From the IMG/VR virus record IMGVR_UViG_3300045988_123324, positions 54,950-118,949 of that record: 64,000 bases of DNA; one strand, given 5' to 3'. Shown one piece after another: positions 62,632 to 64,000 of this stretch. Each line of letters begins with the position of its first letter. The first letter of the stretch is position 1. The position numbers and the translations under genes are program-made. Source of the stretch: a virus. The notes under the pieces were generated by a model. That model was not told the origin of the DNA and ran no database searches. It saw only the letters and a program-made list of their open reading frames with translations.

Positions 62632-62660
62632 AATATAGCATAAGAAGTCTGCTATGTCAA
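62632..62660 (-). promoter_or_regulatory. sigma-A promoter upstream of tnpB
   Basis: Minus strand AAAAAGGTA-TTGACA, 17-nt spacer, TATATT. It has the same upstream context as the early promoters. Confidence 0.55.
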
Positions 62661-62685
62661 TACCTTTTTTGACTATACCTATAAT

Positions 62686-63396
62686 TTATTTTTCTACACC
62701 ATTATAGATCCCCTCCACATCAATATACAACTTCTTATCAACCATTTTAATGTAATTAAGTTCAAGGATCTCACTTAGTTTCCTTGACTTAGGAAAACTT
62801 TTCTTGATAGCTTTTAGGGGGATAATCCTACTGAATGTATCAATGTCCACGCCACTCATAAATGGTACTTCATAGGTTCTGTCCTTGGTGACAATATATA
62901 CACTACTTCCATCATGCAATGCCTTAAAATTATATTCTCTCTCTGGTATCTCACATTTAAGGTAGTTATTGTGAACTGATACTGCACGACCTTTAGCAAA
63001 TTTGAACTGCGTGAGATAGTCAAGATCAACACCTACATCTTTTAGGTGTGATTCTAAATCTCCCTGTTCTGATACAAGAATTACTGGTTTCTTTGCTTCT
63101 GTGACTACCTTAATCGCAGGAGAAAAGTCAGCGTCACTTGTAAAGATTGCAAATCCATCCATAAGAGGTTCTTCATAGACAGCCTTAACAATCGCTGCGG
63201 TCATGAATGTATCTGCACTATTCTTTCCATAAAAACATTGAACAAAGTTCATGTTGTAGTTATCTGCATAGGATGGTTTAAACTTTGCAAACACATCAAT
63301 CTTTGCAATATGATTCAGCAGTCTAAGTTGTTTAATGCCATTCCGTACAGTTCTTACACTAACATTCTCGCCGTCAATAAATGCGTGTAGTCTCAT
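62686..63396 (-). CDS. NYN-domain (LabA/PIN-like) protein
   Basis: LHAFIDGENV and AIFTSDADFSPAIKVVTEAKKPVILVS. Confidence 0.7.
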   Translation of the reverse strand: MRLHAFIDGENVSVRTVRNGIKQLRLLNHIAKIDVFAKFKPSYADNYNMNFVQCFYGKNSADTFMTAAIVKAVYEEPLMDGFAIFTSDADFSPAIKVVTEAKKPVILVSEQGDLESHLKDVGVDLDYLTQFKFAKGRAVSVHNNYLKCEIPEREYNFKALHDGSSVYIVTKDRTYEVPFMSGVDIDTFSRIIPLKAIKKSFPKSRKLSEILELNYIKMVDKKLYIDVEGIYNGVEK

Positions 63397-63650
63397 GCTG
63401 TTACCTTCTTGTAAAACTCAATGAACTCCTCAACAACATCATACACATAATCAGCGTCAACCAATCCATCATGTGACATATAAAAGCATATTTCATAGGC
63501 TCTTTCAAAAGCATCATTCATGATCTCTTTGTTATTAAAACCAGTTTCTAGGCACAGACAGTCAACAACATTTTTCTGCCATGTTTCATATGCTTTGATT
63601 CCTGCACGGTTAGCATCATGACGCTCTTTCATCAGATCTTCATAGGTCAT
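63393..63650 (-). CDS. hypothetical protein (85 aa)
   Basis: AAGGGAG RBS before MTYEDLMKER. Confidence 0.45.
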   Translation of the reverse strand: MTYEDLMKERHDANRAGIKAYETWQKNVVDCLCLETGFNNKEIMNDAFERAYEICFYMSHDGLVDADYVYDVVEEFIEFYKKVTA

Positions 63651-63699
63651 AAAAACAGCTCCCTTCATGGCTATATACTACCACAAAGAGAGCATCATG

Positions 63700-64000
63700 T
63701 CAACACATTTCCAAAATATATTTTTCAATATCATCCCAGTTTAGACCATCTCTACAAGCAGGAAATGATCTATCGTCGATATAAACATCAACAAATACTT
63801 TTGGCGAGATAGAAGAGTAAGGATATTTTTGCATCCACTCAGAAATAGATTCGTCTAGGTCAACATTCACTGCATCGACCTCTAGCCCATACTCCAATAG
63901 ACATTCGATAGCTATATCAAGGTCAATGTCAGTTCTGCAAGTGAAAAGAACAATCTTCCCACCTGCTTTTTTATACTTCTTCATTACCTCAATAGCTCTA
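63700..64000 (-). CDS. HAD-like hydrolase or nucleotidase (partial; N-terminus beyond the window end)
   Basis: The frame is open to the window edge. ...GGKIVLFTCRTD...EYGLEVDAVN...PKVFVDVYIDDRS resembles a HAD cap plus motif III/IV. Confidence 0.45.
   Translation of the reverse strand, partial: RAIEVMKKYKKAGGKIVLFTCRTDIDLDIAIECLLEYGLEVDAVNVDLDESISEWMQKYPYSSISPKVFVDVYIDDRSFPACRDGLNWDDIEKYILEMC

Overview
The window reads as part of a large, AT-rich (roughly one-third GC by eye) tailed-phage genome from a Firmicutes-type host, judged from sigma-A-like TTGACA-N17-TATAAT promoters and AGGAGG ribosome-binding sites. Positions 1-29.3 kb (minus strand) hold a replication and nucleotide-metabolism module: gp32-like SSB, primase, Rnl2-like RNA ligase, DnaB and DnaC-like proteins, ThyX, a methyltransferase, dUTPase, NrdG, an nrdD split by two group I introns, and an SNF2 helicase. 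A head-morphogenesis module follows: TerS, an intein-containing TerL, portal, scaffold and an E-family capsid protein. Positions 29.3-34.2 kb form an RNA-centred locus. It contains a DUF2828/vWA (Ro60-like) protein followed by about 700 nt of ORF-free structured sequence, three tRNAs, a tmRNA, an HNH protein, and a second promoter-driven ORF-free region of about 620 nt. Positions 34.2-39.7 kb hold a plus-strand operon set. Positions 39.7-44.05 kb are a mosaic of tandem repeat families, DnaA-box-like sites, a polypyrimidine tract and a GC-rich five-gene island. Positions 44-53 kb carry about 25 small genes, most with their own terminator-promoter cassette. Positions 53-64 kb carry clamp-loader-like genes with DNA iterons embedded in coding sequence, wHTH proteins beside a palindrome array, a Pnkp-like RNA repair enzyme, a solo TnpB and an NYN protein. 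Selfish elements are unusually frequent: two introns, one intein, three or four endonuclease genes and TnpB. All functional calls come from motif recognition by eye, and no database search was run.
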